From NCBI GenBank assembly GCA_036172245.1, contig JAYWIR010000009.1:4340001-4404000 (forward strand): a stretch of 64,000 bases of DNA, in the 5' to 3' direction. This document shows, one piece after another, positions 1 through 14,197 of this stretch; the stretch's first letter is position 1; every line of letters starts with the position of its first letter. The position numbers were made by a program, and so were the translations under genes. This DNA comes from Raillietiella orientalis. Lineage: Eukaryota. The notes below the pieces were generated by a model that was given only the letters and a program-made list of their open reading frames with translations, did not search any database and had not been told where the DNA came from.

Positions 1-1099
1 CCGGGCGATCGGAAACGCGGCCGTCCGCCAGCAGAATTCGAAAAAACGATTCGGTTCAGGGATTCCTGCAGAATTGTGCTCCGTACCGACTTGGTGTGTA
101 CCGTCGTACACTGCCAAACTTCTTGCAGACTCTGCCGATCCCGGCGGAGAACAGAGCTTTCCTCTTTATTAATTTTATCCTTGTTTATTTTCTGCTGCTG
201 AGGACGTGGAGGAAACAAAGTTCAGACGGCTAGCATTCGATTACGTTTTCTCTGCCAGAGACCGTTAAACGAACCACAGAGATATTTAAAGAGCTGTTAT
301 TATACCGCTCAAGTTTTACCGTACGTTTGAATTTACTGCTCCTGAAGTTCCGAAAGCGGCAGTTTGGAAACTAGGATCTGTACACCCGAGGTGATGCAAA
401 AAAATCCACGGCATCCCAAACACAAAACACAAGATATTCGTGTACATGCATTTTCTCGACATCTTTTTGCAAAGTCCAGTCTTTCTGTTTACCTTAGAGC
501 ATCTGGTTTACTGAGATTCATTCCACAAACGGCTTCAACCAAATGATTTTCTAGGGCATTCGATATCCAGAGAGAATGAATTCCCATGCCAGATTTAATT
601 GTTGAATTCTTATTTCGGGCTATCTTGGTTTTGAAACAAAACATCACTTTATTCATTAATCTTTAATTGCTTTCAAAAACTTCGGTATTACGGAAATATC
701 AAAAATCCGTGACAAGATGATGACAAGTCTCTAAGCAGAAAAGACTTCAAGAGACTTTCAAATAGAACAGTATTGCGTAACAAACCATCTCCTAATTAGA
801 TTAGCAACAACCACTTCCGGAAGTTAATTTAGTTAAAAATGCGATACAGTGCAATTTGGGGCCCACAAAATTCGTATATATTGCAACTCCTTCAAGTAAA
901 TGAGTACAAAAAGACACTATCCATTAATAATAAGAAGAATACAAGGCGAAAAAAAATTATATTTTCACTGTTGTCAAAAGTCGATTCCCAATTTGCATTA
1001 CTCGAAGATGTTCCCCAAGTAAAAAAAAATAGACTTTGCAAAAATTTCAGCATAGAAAAGAAATCTCAGTAAGGAAATCTCATAAATCTCTTTATTGAA

Positions 1100-4000
1100 A
1101 AAGACAGTACTCTGTCACTAAAACAAAAAAGAAGCATCAGAAGAATAAATGTAATCAGGATAATTGTTGCAACTTATGTAATCAGAAAATATTTGGATTT
1201 GGAAAGAAATTATTGCAAGCAAACGTTGTGATAATGTAAAGTCATAAAGGATATCATTCCCATTCAATACTCCAGTTTTTCTTCATCTTCATTCGTGACT
1301 TTTCCAGTCTAAACTTACAATCACCTTGTACTTGAAGTATAGCGAAACTTTTAATGAAGTCCCATTTTCACATTTAACTTCAGTTTTATTGTAAGCTTTT
1401 TTTAGAAGCTGCTTCTGGATGGAAAGAGAACTCCGATAACCTTATTCTTATTTTGACTATTTTGTTTTGTAATAGGATGTTTCAGTTACGGCACTCACTG
1501 ATGATATTTTCAGCTTTCTCCTCATCTTTCAAGAATTTCACATCCAAGCGTAAAGGTCACGAATATGTCGGTTGATAATACTATAAGGGATCTATTATCA
1601 AGTATCAGTTGCAATGTCCTCTGAGTCCAAGTGCTTTTAGATTTCATAAATATGGATATGGAAGTATGGGAAATGTATTTAACAACTCTTTTAGATTTTC
1701 GAAGATATCTACTCAGAATTGCACATCACCACCGTATCCATGATAATTTTTTTCAGGAACTTCAGAATTTCATAGTGAACATAAATTAATGATTCCCAAT
1801 GGGCAAATCTTCAAAAAAAATGCTGCCGGAAAACACGTCATTTCTGAAACTGTTTTGTATAAAAAAACATTTAATCTTGAATTCTAAATTTGTTTGCTAT
1901 AAAACTCTTCGATTTTTGTATTTTTTGCAAAATGAAAAAGTAGTCTCAGATTCTGTAACTAGGATGGTTTTGAGATTTCAGAAAGTTGTATTCTAAATAG
2001 TTAAGAAAGTTAGACTCTAAAATTCTCCTACCACCTCATTTATCTTGCATCTTCGTGTTGAAATTCATTCTAAACCCTTTAAACTTTAGAGAGATTCTAA
2101 TTAACGTTGTAATTGTCCCCCACTAATAAAGTTATCTGGCTGAAAATCAATTTTTTCCAGTTGTGAGCGACATTGCGCCAGGAATACAAATATGATCATA
2201 AGAGCAATCAAGAAAACTAGATTACAATGAGAAAGGCTCTGATTACATACAATCTTCTCATGGCCTCGGTTCAGAAATAGCTTGTGAGGCGAAGCTTCCA
2301 GACTTCTGAAATCCGTTTGAGATGTGAAATATCATTAAATTTATTTTGATCATGTGTATGGTTCCAAAATGCTTCGTGCACTGTTTCAGTTTATCATTGT
2401 TAGTATGAGGAACACTACCATATTTTCATCATAACTGAATGCATACTAAATGCTAAAACATCTCTAACCAAAAGTAGTCATTGGTTACTCAAGTAGTCAC
2501 GATGCTATCTCCAAGCATTCTCTGGCATTTTTAAATAAAACTTATAAAAACTCAGTATTACACATTTATAGTGTTAATTGCCTTATCTAACACTACTCGT
2601 ACTTCTCTCCTAAGATGAAGGACGCTTTGACAATTTTTTCTCAAAAGACCTGAGGCCCGAATGTGGAAACATACCTTGCTGGAGGGTGCCATTTGCCCAA
2701 AGTTGTCAACGACATTACGATCGTGACAACCATAACTTGTGAATCTTGCGTAAATGGAAAGCAGAATTTGTCAAACATTTTGTTACTGGAATTCAGAGTT
2801 ACTCTTGTTGTCAGTTTCAATCACAGTGATTGATGAGTCGTCTGGGAATAGTAGTTATTTTATCGTTTTTCTACAAAATTTTTTGCGTTTTCCTTACTCA
2901 ACTTACCAAATTTAAAAAAAAATGCTGCTAAAACATATTCAGCAGATGCATATCTATCTCTTAATATAAATAATGGTTTTCATTTCTTATCTTCAGAGTG
3001 ATGGAGGTTAAAATCATTCCAATTACACGTACGAAATAACTAGTGCGGACACGTTTCATTAAGGTTGCCTGCCAGTATTTCTCTAACATTTTATTGGAAC
3101 AGATGTAATCAGAAAAGGTTAGAAACAAGTAAAAACTCCACTCATTCAAGTTTAAAATACCTGAAAAGATGGTGTGTAAGAAAAATGACCTGCAGCGTAT
3201 GCTTGTTGGTTTTAATTATGTCAAAATTGTATCAACTGTGATTGCATTAGAGAGCATTCAGAACTCTATTCGAAGTAACCTCGTGATGCATGTTCAGAAC
3301 CGATAATTGTGACCACGACGGAAAGGTCTCCGTGCTACTTTAAACGTGTGACAGACGGAATATGTCAACATACATGTTGATGTCCCCCATGCGTTCAGGT
3401 GAAAACTGCATTCAACACATGATCTCAACCTTCAATTCCAAATGTTTTGTTCCAATAATCGTAGGAACGATCTTAGACATAATTTCACGTGGGAATGATT
3501 GGAGTTTTGGAGTCGAAGTAGTCCGACTCCAGTTAGTGTCCTTAGTTTTTTGTTGTCAATGGTTCCACTGTTGGGCTCTCAACGACTGTCGAAGGAAAAC
3601 ATTCTCAATTCAGGGTATCCAACACCAATTTTGTCTGAATTTAGGATTCAAGGATCCATTGTCTCTGTTTTTCCGCAGTTCTGTTTTTTGCAAAGAATCA
3701 TTTTCATATCTCGAATGATTGCTTTGAATTTTGAATCACAGCATTCTCTTGGCACTTTTTATAATTGTGAAACTGTTTTCCATTTGCATAAAATTGTGCT
3801 TGTAGCTTTATGTCAGTTGAAAATAGGGAATTCGGAACGATTTGCTTGAAGGGTATAAAGTTGAATTTTCCGCCAAAATGATTGCGTTTCTTGAAAAGGA
3901 TGCTTTTGTGTTGGAATACCCTAAACGACAAATGCTTTGACCGACTCCTGCTTGCATACTTGCACACTGCATGTTTTGAAGCAAGAGTGCCAAATGCTGC

Positions 4001-5100
4001 TGTCCTTCCTTCCACCAAATCGAGAAATTCGAGTGTTTAACACATCCGAGTTTGCGTGAGGGGCAAAAACCTTCCCGAGCTGGAGACATATTTATTGTGT
4101 TAAGTGGATTTTTGCTTTAATTATTAGGTGACATAATCCGGATTCCTTATGTTTTGTATATTTCTGATATTTGATTTCGTAACACCGTATAACCTCCTGT
4201 TTATTCTAATTACGGCGGTCATTTGTGAGATTCGGCACATCGAAGGAAAGCGTGAATCAACACACTACGGAAGTTACTATCTTCACATGGTACAGTTGTG
4301 AAAAATTGTAAAGGAAAGTTTGGCTTTTTGCTTGCGTGTTTTACGACTTGAATTCCATTTCGCTTTAGAAGTAATATATTCAGCTTAACAAGAGCAGCTG
4401 GTAAGCCATTTCAAGAACCCAGCTGTTAGTTTTCGAACACTTCAAATATTACGCTTACCTGTTGTTGTGCTGCACCTTTGTTTTCACGTGTTTTGACGAA
4501 AATAATGCCGACCTATCTGTTTCCCTGACAAGAGTACATCTGAAGATGATGATGTTTCATCTTTCCCATATGACTTTCCAGGTTGGGGGTTCTAACACTT
4601 CATGCAACCGTGGTATAAGATGAAGATGTTTCCTATCCATCATTTGTTTCCCCCTTTTCTAAGAACATAATGACATTTAGTAATTGTATGATAAACTGTT
4701 GAATGTTCGGAGGGCGTATTAATATAGTTTGCTTTGACAAGTTTTCAAGCAGCATAACATTCCTTCCTGATTCCGATGTAAAATGGATTTCCATTCGTAT
4801 AAAACCGATTGAGAACACGTCTGTTGTATTAAATGCCCCTATGTTTTAATAAGACGTAAAATATGCTGGGTATTCTATGTTGATTAATGCCTTACAAGTA
4901 TGTGAACCAAGCGTTATGTGTACAGTTCATATCCAAGTTCTTTCATATCCAAGATATGTAGTCACAGTCCCCAGTTTTTCTAATTTCATTTCAATAATTG
5001 TAATCACTTCGACGTATCAGATAGACATAGGCAACCGCAAAATAAGCAAATTGATCTCTATTCACTGCAATAACATGCGCAAATTTCGGATGTAGAGAGC
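1100..5100 (-). other. Possible decayed intronless coding region (glycoprotein/env-like or viral relic)
   Basis: Stop- and frameshift-riddled but protein-like minus-strand fragments: Cys/Trp-containing EGFCPSRKLGCVKHSNFSIWWK...VCKY, and two TM-like stretches near 2170-2250 (LVFLIALMIIFVFLAQC) and 1110-1190 (VATIILITFILLMLLFVLV). Family not recognised. Confidence 0.2.
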
Positions 5101-6044
5101 TTTGTTGTATTTTTGAACATGATGGAGATATGAAATATTAAAATCTGTAGAACAAACGTTTAAGCCTCATATTTGCGTAAATACACTGTTGGACTTATTA
5201 TAGACTGACATAGATGCCAATAAAGCTTTCCTGTACTGTGGAATTTTGATATTCTTGCCATTTCGGAAAATATATGACTTAGGATTGTCTAGGTTGAGTG
5301 CAGCTCAAAGATATTAAAAATTACAAATGTTTTAATGACAAGCAGAGTTATTAATTGAAAAAGATTGCTTGGCAGCTTTGTAAAATATTCACATGTGTAT
5401 CGTAGTCTTTTGGGAAAGACATCAACAGGGTTAACACTACTGATGTATGGGCCAATGATCCACATTTTACTCAATATCTCTTATCAGTAAATGACAGTGT
5501 TTAGCAAGCATAAATTCCAAAGGTCATGCCAGTTAACAGCTTGCGAATTAAGGGGTTCTGTTAACAATAATTTGAGGTAGCCAGTAGTTTAAATTTTATT
5601 GTGGCTACAGAAAAAGGAAAATAAACAGTAAGTGCATTCTCGACCTGATTGATGGAATATTTTTGTTGAAAGCCAAGGTTTGCATAACACAGCCATACCT
5701 GAAAACAGCATTGCAATTCCAACAATACTGATTTTTTCGCAACCCCAACCACATCTTCATGTACATTGCCTTACATTCCAAATATATTCTGAATGCATAT
5801 GAAATGAAATATATTGGGTGGCATGTAAAATAAAATTACAAAACAGCGAATTTTATTTATAGAAGCATTTTCATAACAGTTAATCGACTTCCAAGCTATT
5901 TGCTTTTCATATTGAATTCAGTATAATTAATTGAATACGAAAAGTACCTAATTAAATAAGCATTAAGCTGATATAACATAATCTACGGGTTTTTTTCTTC
6001 ATGAGATATCAGCAAGCTTCTGCTGCAGTATTTGAATGCATGAT

Positions 6045-9000
6045 TCAGTCTGTATTTTTCTTTCCTTCATTTGTTTCCAACTTGATTCCTCCATTGTTTA
6101 ATATTGACTGAATATTTGATAACTGCAATTGCAATAAGACAAAAAAACAAAAGAAAAAATGTTACCTGAGAAGATACATTGGAAGTTGATGTATTGCTTT
6201 TGGAAACCATAATGACTTTCGTCATGGTGTTCCCAGAAGAATTGGTTATTATTTTTGAGGATTGTAAAGCTGTCCCCTAAAGCACTTACTATATTTTGAC
6301 AACTAGCAGCTAAATGCTACCTGAGTTCCACTACTAGCTAATAAAACTAAATTTTTTTGCTGAGCTGATCCTGGTGTCAATACTATTGTTCTTGTTGTTG
6401 ACGAATTACCTTAAGAAATCATTTTAAAACCTTATTTACATCATACTGACTTTGAGATATTATATTTCCAGTTGCAACTAGGTTTGCAGGCTGATTTCGA
6501 TGCTTCAAAACACTTGCAAAAATAGAGGGACCCAAATAACCATAGTCTTTTTTGTATTCTTCATTTAAATCAGGGGGCTGTCTACATGTTTTTAAAACTG
6601 GACTTACAATTTTCTGGAATGATTTTTCAATAGCAAAAAGCTGTCCAATGCATGCTTGTTCACTGACCACTAGTAGCTGCTTAATATGTTCAGAAGCAAT
6701 TTTATCGATCTGACTTACACCTGATCCTTCTATAATTAATTGCAATCTCTCACCTTCATGTTTAAGTCTGGGAATTAAAAATGTCTTAATGATTTCAGCA
6801 CCCATTTCAGCTAGGCCTGTAAAGAGCAACTTCAGTTCTAACACTGGCATATGATTTACTAACCAGCAATGGCACCATAATGTGTTGGTAGAGGAGCCTT
6901 TTCATTAAATAAAGCTTTACTAAATATCCTAGTCACTCTGGTTTGGATATTGTTGGTTGATGTATTAAAGTTTTTGCAGATTTGTGCCATTAATCGTGAA
7001 GCAAAATCCCTTAAGGCCCAATGATTATCTACATCAGGGCGCATACATAGCTGCTTACTAATAATACATGTAATCACAGAGGGAATGATTTCATGTAGCT
7101 AAAAAATTTTTTTGTCTCTTCAGAAAATTACCACACATACATATTTTTCCAAGTACAATGTCTGATTGTCCAAAAGAGCTTTCACCATTCTCATTAAATA
7201 AATCAGCAACGCAAGGTTACTTTGTACAACATTGACTTTCACACCTTCAGCTATGAATGTGCTAAGCCTTGGTAGCATTTGATGCAAACCAGGATCTGAT
7301 GCTAAGCTCTGAAGAGCCTCCTTAAAAGTAATATTAAAAATATGAATGCAAGTATTTTGCTTTAACACTGCACGTACAGCTCTCCTGGATTCATCACTTC
7401 CTACACAAGCTTCTGTAATTTCCTTGTAATACAACTGCTGCTCCACAGATAACTCATGAGTTGCAAGCTGTTTCAACTGCACAGTTTCTACGTTTTTGGC
7501 TTTTTGTGTTTTGCTAAATCATAAATAATAAAACTTCTGTTATGTTAAAAATTTTCTCCTAACCTTGCATTTGCATGTGGAATTTTTTCAGAGCCACATG
7601 GATTTTTAAGTTTGTGACATGGATCAACAGATTCTAACTTCTGAATATCCTTGGTGACTGGTGGAGGATTTTCTGGGATACTTGGCTGTATACCATCAAT
7701 GCTTAACCAATGTGCTATACACAGAAATAAAATAGAGAAAAACAAAAAAGGAACTATACTTTATATTATAACTATACTTAACTTCATATGGATTTGATTC
7801 AAATCACACAACATAAAAACCAAGTTATCCAATTTCCACAAAATAAAACAAAACTATTACACACAGCTATAGAGGATACAATTAACAATACACACAACTG
7901 ATAGTGTATTATTAGTGCATTAATTCAAAAAACATTTCTATGATGAGCATGTATCCCACACTCTAAAAAAAAACTACTAACTAACAAATCTTTAACCTCT
8001 ATAATGATCTTTTGATGCAATCATGGGTACATAGACATTTACATGATCATATTTGCAAAACCACTGGTGACAAAAACTCAAATAGTTTACTTGCCTTGAT
8101 GCTTTTCGTAATATTTTTTCATAATGATCTAAATTAAACAAAGAACTAATAAAAACTAAATTGAATACCTAAAATGCCTCTGAGGCATTGGTATTGCTTA
8201 CCTGAGTGCTTTTAAAGTAAACAAAAGCAAAGAACAAAAACTGAAAAAAAAAAAAAAAAAAAAAAAAATGATTCTGCATATGTTAGGATCTGAAGAAACA
8301 AACAAGGCAATACAAAGTCACAAAAAGACTTACGAACAGATTCAACACTTGAAAGTTCATTTGTAAAAAAATAAAAAACATGAAAAATTGCATATTTATA
8401 CAACCTGCCTACACCACCTTGACAGCATATTTACATTTACGATGGTACAAATTAATGAAATTGCTTAAAAAACGACTGTTATGAAACATTACACATTAAG
8501 AGTCAATAGGAGTTAAGACTATTCTGGTTTCTCACAACTAATGTGGAAGTCTTATGATAAAAGAGGGTCCATGCAATGATCCTGTCAGAATTAATTTTCA
8601 GAATATTTGTGCTTGGTCAACATCATAACAATTTGTTTTTATTCAAATAATTACGAAATTCCTCAGAATATTAATCCCAACAAAGTTTTAGTACTGCTCA
8701 TTTTAGTACTGTACCAATGCAAGATGCAAAACAAAATTACTGGTTAATCTCAGGTTAATTCATAACTTAGAGTTTTGAATAGTAAAAACATCATTTGGAG
8801 ACCAAATAAATCATGAAATAGAATAAAATTTTGAATTCATGTGTTGTATACTTACATTTTAAAACAGTATCTGATGGAATTTTGGGAATATAATTGGCAA
8901 CTATATCAGCTAAATCTAATTCTTGTTCATCTGTAAAAAATATTTCTCTTCCACCACCAGATGCAAATCGGAATGGCACATGAATGTCAGAATAAAATCC

Positions 9001-9737
9001 ATACACTGGCTACAAAGATAGCAAAGTTGAATTATCACTAAAGAACATCCCATGACTACAATTCAACAAATAATTGAAATCCTTACAATTAATTTATGTA
9101 AACGCAATGGAAGCATTGTATTAGTACTTACCAATACCCAAGAAAGAATACAATGCATTTTCTGTACACATAAAACTTTGATAATTTAGTACACTGCAAA
9201 CTTTGAAATTATCAACACACTATAAACTTAACATTTTTATTATACACTTATAAACATAACGCCAGAAACTATTTTACCTCAAATGTACTTATATGTAGTA
9301 ATTCCAATCATTTAGTAATTAAAAAGCTTCAGTAAGAAATGAGTTCCATAAAATGCATTTTAAAAGCAAGATGCAAACGTAATTTACATAAAAGTAAACT
9401 TTTAACATTTCTCTTACAATCTAATTATTTTTTATTTCGTTTGGCACAAACTTACTTCAATATTCTTTAATTTTAAGGAATGATCAACATCAGCTGAAAG
9501 CATTTTTCTTCTTTTACCATGGATCATAAATTTGGATGAATCCTGGGAAAGAGATTTTTGTATAAAAAAAAAATTGCATTCATTTACCTGTATTATCAAT
9601 TTTAATCTGTAGCTGACTTCCTCTGCAAGTTCTTTTGCAGATTCTTCAGATAAATTAATTCCTATGGTCTCAGCCATAATTTTCATTGATTCCAAGGAAA
9701 AGTAATTTGTATACAGATCTTTCTTTTTGTGAGCCAT
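6045..9737 (-). CDS. TAF6: Transcription initiation factor TFIID subunit 6 (spliced)
   Basis: Exons with GT-AG ends join in frame: 9737-9588, 9542-9456, 9009-8856, 7714-7564, 7513-7378, 7320-7141, 7098-6864, 6816-6451, 6409-6321, 6276-6166, 6122-6045. The protein has a histone-fold N-terminus, [39 protein letters not shown] and [12 protein letters not shown]. The last three low-complexity exons are less certain. Confidence 0.96.
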
Positions 9738-10812
9738 TCTTGGCTATTTTACCCATACAAGCAATAAAACTGAAACTGAAGATGAGTTTCAAGTTAGACA
9801 ATTAAAACTGCTTCTAAGAAACATTCTTGGATCACATAATTCAAATAATCTACTCACAAAAGAGTGCACAATATAAATTCTCTTGTAGTATAGAATATCA
9901 AATTTAAATGACCCCAATTCTGGCTTAAAATAAAATACTTAAAGTTGCATCCATTTCAAACTTTTAGAAAATAAGGTACAAAACAAGTACATTTGTTTGT
10001 TTAAAATACATCCTTACAAAATCAAAAACACAATTTGAGGCTGCAACCAACATTCAGATGACTAGTTGATGAATGCCCAACATTTTAAGTTGATAAATCC
10101 TCAAGACAATTTCTAGAAACACTACATGAAGCACTTCAAACCAAAATAAAATTTGTCTACACCTTGCAATTTTTGAAATGAAGTACACATCCAATATAAA
10201 CTATGGATTGCTAATTAAGAAATGGAAAACACATGTGCCCTTACTCAAGGCCACAGATTTTGGAACTCGTTTACAAAATAAATCCTAAAAGACTCGAAGC
10301 AATTTTCCTGAACCAATTGACACTGAGAAATTAGGGCATTTAAAAAAACAAAAAGAATATTTTAATGCTTCTGAAGATAATTAAAGGAAAGTTAAAATTA
10401 CAAATCAGTAACTGAAAATGTTCCAAGAACAATATGTGCTCATTGAGTAGAATGAACTCATAAAAGGTCGATGAAACTGCAAAATGTGGCCTTTGTCATG
10501 TGTGTGGAAACCTTTTCAGAAAACTGGCAAATCAGCAACGCATTAAGGTGGGCACATTTCCTCCTCTTGTCTTTGAAAATAAAATTATGCATTGCTGAGG
10601 ATGATCAAACAAAGCAATCATCTTCAAACAACCTGAAATATAATTTAATAATATGGAAACGTTCTTCCTGGGCAATATTAACAAATCTAATAAACTTCTA
10701 AGATGCTTTTGGGGAAAACATACGTGAAACTACACAAAGATTTATCATTTTTTTTTGTTAAAGATACGAGTAAAAGTAAATCTGTACGAAGACACGTCAG
10801 AATTGCTTTAGA

Positions 10813-10820
10813 TATCGATA
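10813..10820. promoter_or_regulatory. DRE-like palindrome TATCGATA, probable TAF6 promoter element
   Basis: Exact TATCGATA about 1.1 kb upstream of the TAF6 ATG, just upstream of a minus-strand GTATG donor near 10720-10724 that could close a 5'UTR exon. The DRE is a known housekeeping core-promoter motif in insects. Confidence 0.5.
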
Positions 10821-12135
10821 TACCATCCTTGTAAGCGGGGTTTTAAATCAAAAGCCCCCGTTTAATCAATTAGCATCGTGCAAACCACAACAAACAAAAC
10901 TACAGTAAGGCATGAACAAATAGTTTCACACAAATGCACGCTGAACTGAAGTGGAGAATGAATTGGGGGACTCAAAACCGATGAAATAAAACGAATAGCA
11001 ACGAAGTACACTTGGCATTACATCAAATACAAGTACGGTAGACTCGGAACACAATACCAAAAACGCATTATCGAGGGTACGCCATGGTGTAGCAATTCCT
11101 AATTTAAGTCTCAAAACCATGCTGCATCATCTGACGCAGGTACATAAGCAAAGCTACCTGAAACCACAAAAATGTGGAGATTTAGTGGCGTTACGATGTT
11201 AACTGTATTTTTGTCAGACAAGTCGCCAAGCGATTTTTCAACCGATATCAATTTTACGAATTTCATCCCATCACTGAAAGCATACCAGCAACAAGGGCTT
11301 CCAACTTATTTCAAAACTTAATTACACAACAAAAATGATGTGCATACATCTTAACTTGCTCCATGGAGAATCAATAGCTTGCTTTTGATACTACGGAGCA
11401 GTTTCTACTTTATTTAAAATGGAAAGAAGACCGATGTATTCGAAAAATAAGTTTTACTTTCGAGAAACTGAAACCCCAACCAGATCACATGTGCATAACT
11501 ATGATTCAACAATCGAGAGACTTCCATAAAGAAATGGTTGTGACAGACTTGCAGATCAAGTTGCAAATTACTCTTGCTGCATAATATAACTGCATAGGAA
11601 CATGTATGATGAATCAGAAAATGCATTCTTTAGTGTGAAGAGATGACCAGTATTTTTACATCATATATTAAACATCACTCATTTTAAGTGTCGTAGATTA
11701 TGTAGAATCTAAAGTCATCTATACATCTGCAAGAAATTAAACTAAGCCAACTAAGCGTGAGTTCCTGCATAGATGAATTATACAATTGAGAGTCCTGCTT
11801 TGTAGCTTCCAGAAATTGCACAATCTTTGATGTACAATGAAACCGATGTTTATATTTTATGATCATTAGCTGGTGAAGATGTTCACTATAAAGAAATAGT
11901 TGTCCCAACACTTTAATTTACGTGCATCATATGTGTAAACTTGAAATTTATTGCTTGATATTTTTTACCATGTGCAGCACACAATAAACAAAAGTTAAAA
12001 TCTAGTTTCTGTTGGTTAGGTTAGGTTACATTGGGAGTTGTTTGAAAAGCCAAAAGATAAAAAAAATTATCTCGATAGAAAGATAAAGTTAGTACTTGTT
12101 AATAACGTAAACTATTTACTTATTTAATTAGTTGA

Positions 12136-14197
12136 TTAACAAGACTCTTGAGATTTCTGAGCAGAAGCAAGTTTTTGAATGTCAGGTCCCCTTGCAGTGA
12201 GTGTTAAGACAAGGCCACCCCTTTTTGCTATGCCCAGGCCCTTGATCCTTGGCTCTCCCAAATAACTCACCTGACTGAAACCTGATGCTACAAAGTATGA
12301 CGAGGAAAATGCCACGAAAGGCAGTTTTCCATTCTCCCTAAGCCGCGGACAATTTTGGGGAATATGTCCGAAAACAATGTTTGTCTCTATTCAAACGTGT
12401 TTGGCCTTCTATATCGCTGTGTAGTTCGAAATCGGTTCCTGTAATGCAGCGTCAACCTCAGTCACGTTTATCGCAAATGCATTCACTATCCTTCTGCCGG
12501 AATGCTCACATCCAGCAGACCACGACAACCAACTTCCATATCATTGTGCAGCTGCTGCAGGTGTTCCACGTTTCAAGAGTGTGTCATCATCTTTTAACTC
12601 GAGATTGCTTACCGCTAAAGAAGGAAGCTGGGGAAAATTTCCGACGTTCAACGTTGCTTCCGTACAGCTTTGGTTTTCCGAGAAATTCCATAATAATCTC
12701 ACTCCATGATGAATGGTTTCTCCCCTGCAGTAGCCAGATTGAGAATTTTAGCTTTTCAGGCAGCTCGGCAAAATATGCGGCACTCGGTGGAGGTGGTCTC
12801 TCTTTCAATTTGTTTACTACTCGCAAATGCAGCAACCGTGTCCCACCAAGCAGCAAAACGACGAAGGTAGCGGCTGCCTCAGCTACCCGTCGGTTGCCAA
12901 CGTACTTCTGCGCGTAATGGAGAGCCCTCAGTGTCTTCAGAAAGCTGCCGAAGTAAAGGATCTTGAAGTGCATCCGATTTTATGCTGCTCATCACGCCAC
13001 ACTTGGAGGCTCGTGCAAAGCGCGCTGCCACTTATCGGAAATCAAGTGTTGCAGAGGAACCACGCAGTCGATACAGACTGCTTCTGGTACGGCACTTTTC
13101 AGGAATGCAGTAAACCTTCCGTTCTCCCACCGAAGCAGCAGCATCCGTATCGGAAGCCATGATGTTTTCCAAAGGGATATCCTTCTCCACTCTTCAAAAA
13201 TCGCCTTCAGTGTCCGCTTCAGGCTTGGGAGGAAGAGCGATTCTTCTCCACACTTACCCTTATCTGACATCAGCGATCGGTATTGCTGGTGTCATCTCTA
13301 AGACATGACTCGCTCGTTTGCAGAGCAAGCTTCTTAACTTTTAACTGGGAGACTACTTGTTTCCCCCCATGGTCTGCCATTTCGTCGATACGCTTCGAAA
13401 CTGATGAATTGCTCAAAGGAACGCATTTAGCATCTTAAGCATTTTCGTTCTTGACCTTCGAACTCTCAACAGGCACTGCCGGCCAATTCGAGGTTCACGT
13501 ACGTGGCGTGGCTTGCCATTGGGAATCAATTTTGGTATCTCGTAAGATACGACGAAACCTTTCTCCAATTTATGGGATTTCTCAACCAGCATTTTCTTCA
13601 TTGTACACCTAGCTGCAAAATTATCCCAGAGGGTCCGAAAACATTCCAGTCCGCATCTTGTCTGTATGATGTTACAAAATGCTTCTGCAATGTACATCGA
13701 CGCCTGCTTTCACCAGAAACTGTAGCCGTACGCAGTAAACTGAAGCCGTAGCCAAAAAGCTCAACAAAGTGCTGTCGACGTTTCTTTGCAGAGCTCTTCG
13801 TCGCAACACTGCACCTTGCTTAACTGGCGAAGTTCTCAGGGAAACCGACCTTCCGAAGAAGCATCAAGTGACGGACCCGTTCGAGTCCTGCAGGCCTCGA
13901 GAAGGTCGCGCAAGAAGAAGCGAAGGACACAGATCAGCATCCGGTTGGGTTATCATGGGTTGCTGTAATGGGACTTCTCAACGACTCGGGGTCAAACTGC
14001 GGTCCCTCGAGATCAATGGTTCGCTGAGGGCTTTCGCTGTTTGCCATGAGGTCAGGACAACGACAATGCACGGTTTCCCGTTTCGGAAGCGGACGGTGCC
14101 TTCTCCTCCATCAGCAAAAAGTGTTTACAGTATAATGCACCTTTTTCTTGTTCGAAAGATATTTTGGGACTAAATGGTCCCCAGTTGAGAATCACTG
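12136..14197 (-). mobile_element. Decayed hAT (Buster/Charlie, SCAND3/ZBED5-like) DNA transposon with one intact TIR
   Basis: Frameshifted minus-strand transposase pieces: KKRRQHFVELFGYGF, VSYEIPKLIPNGKP, KKLALQTSESCLRDD, FTAFLKSAVPEAVCIDCVV, LRAEVRW, FPSSYFVASGFS. The element starts CAGTGATTCTCAACTGGGG at 14197 on the minus strand, a Charlie/Buster-type terminus. The second TIR was not found. Confidence 0.85.

Noticed and set aside
11102..11911. Exon-like minus-strand pieces (…KFVKLISVEKSLGDLSDKNT|VALLMYLRQMMQHGFET*)
   Set aside because: Could not chain them into an open spliced frame or recognise a family; may be a pseudogene or lncRNA.
12016..12028. TTAGG TTAGG (arthropod telomere-like)
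   Set aside because: Only two units, expected by chance.
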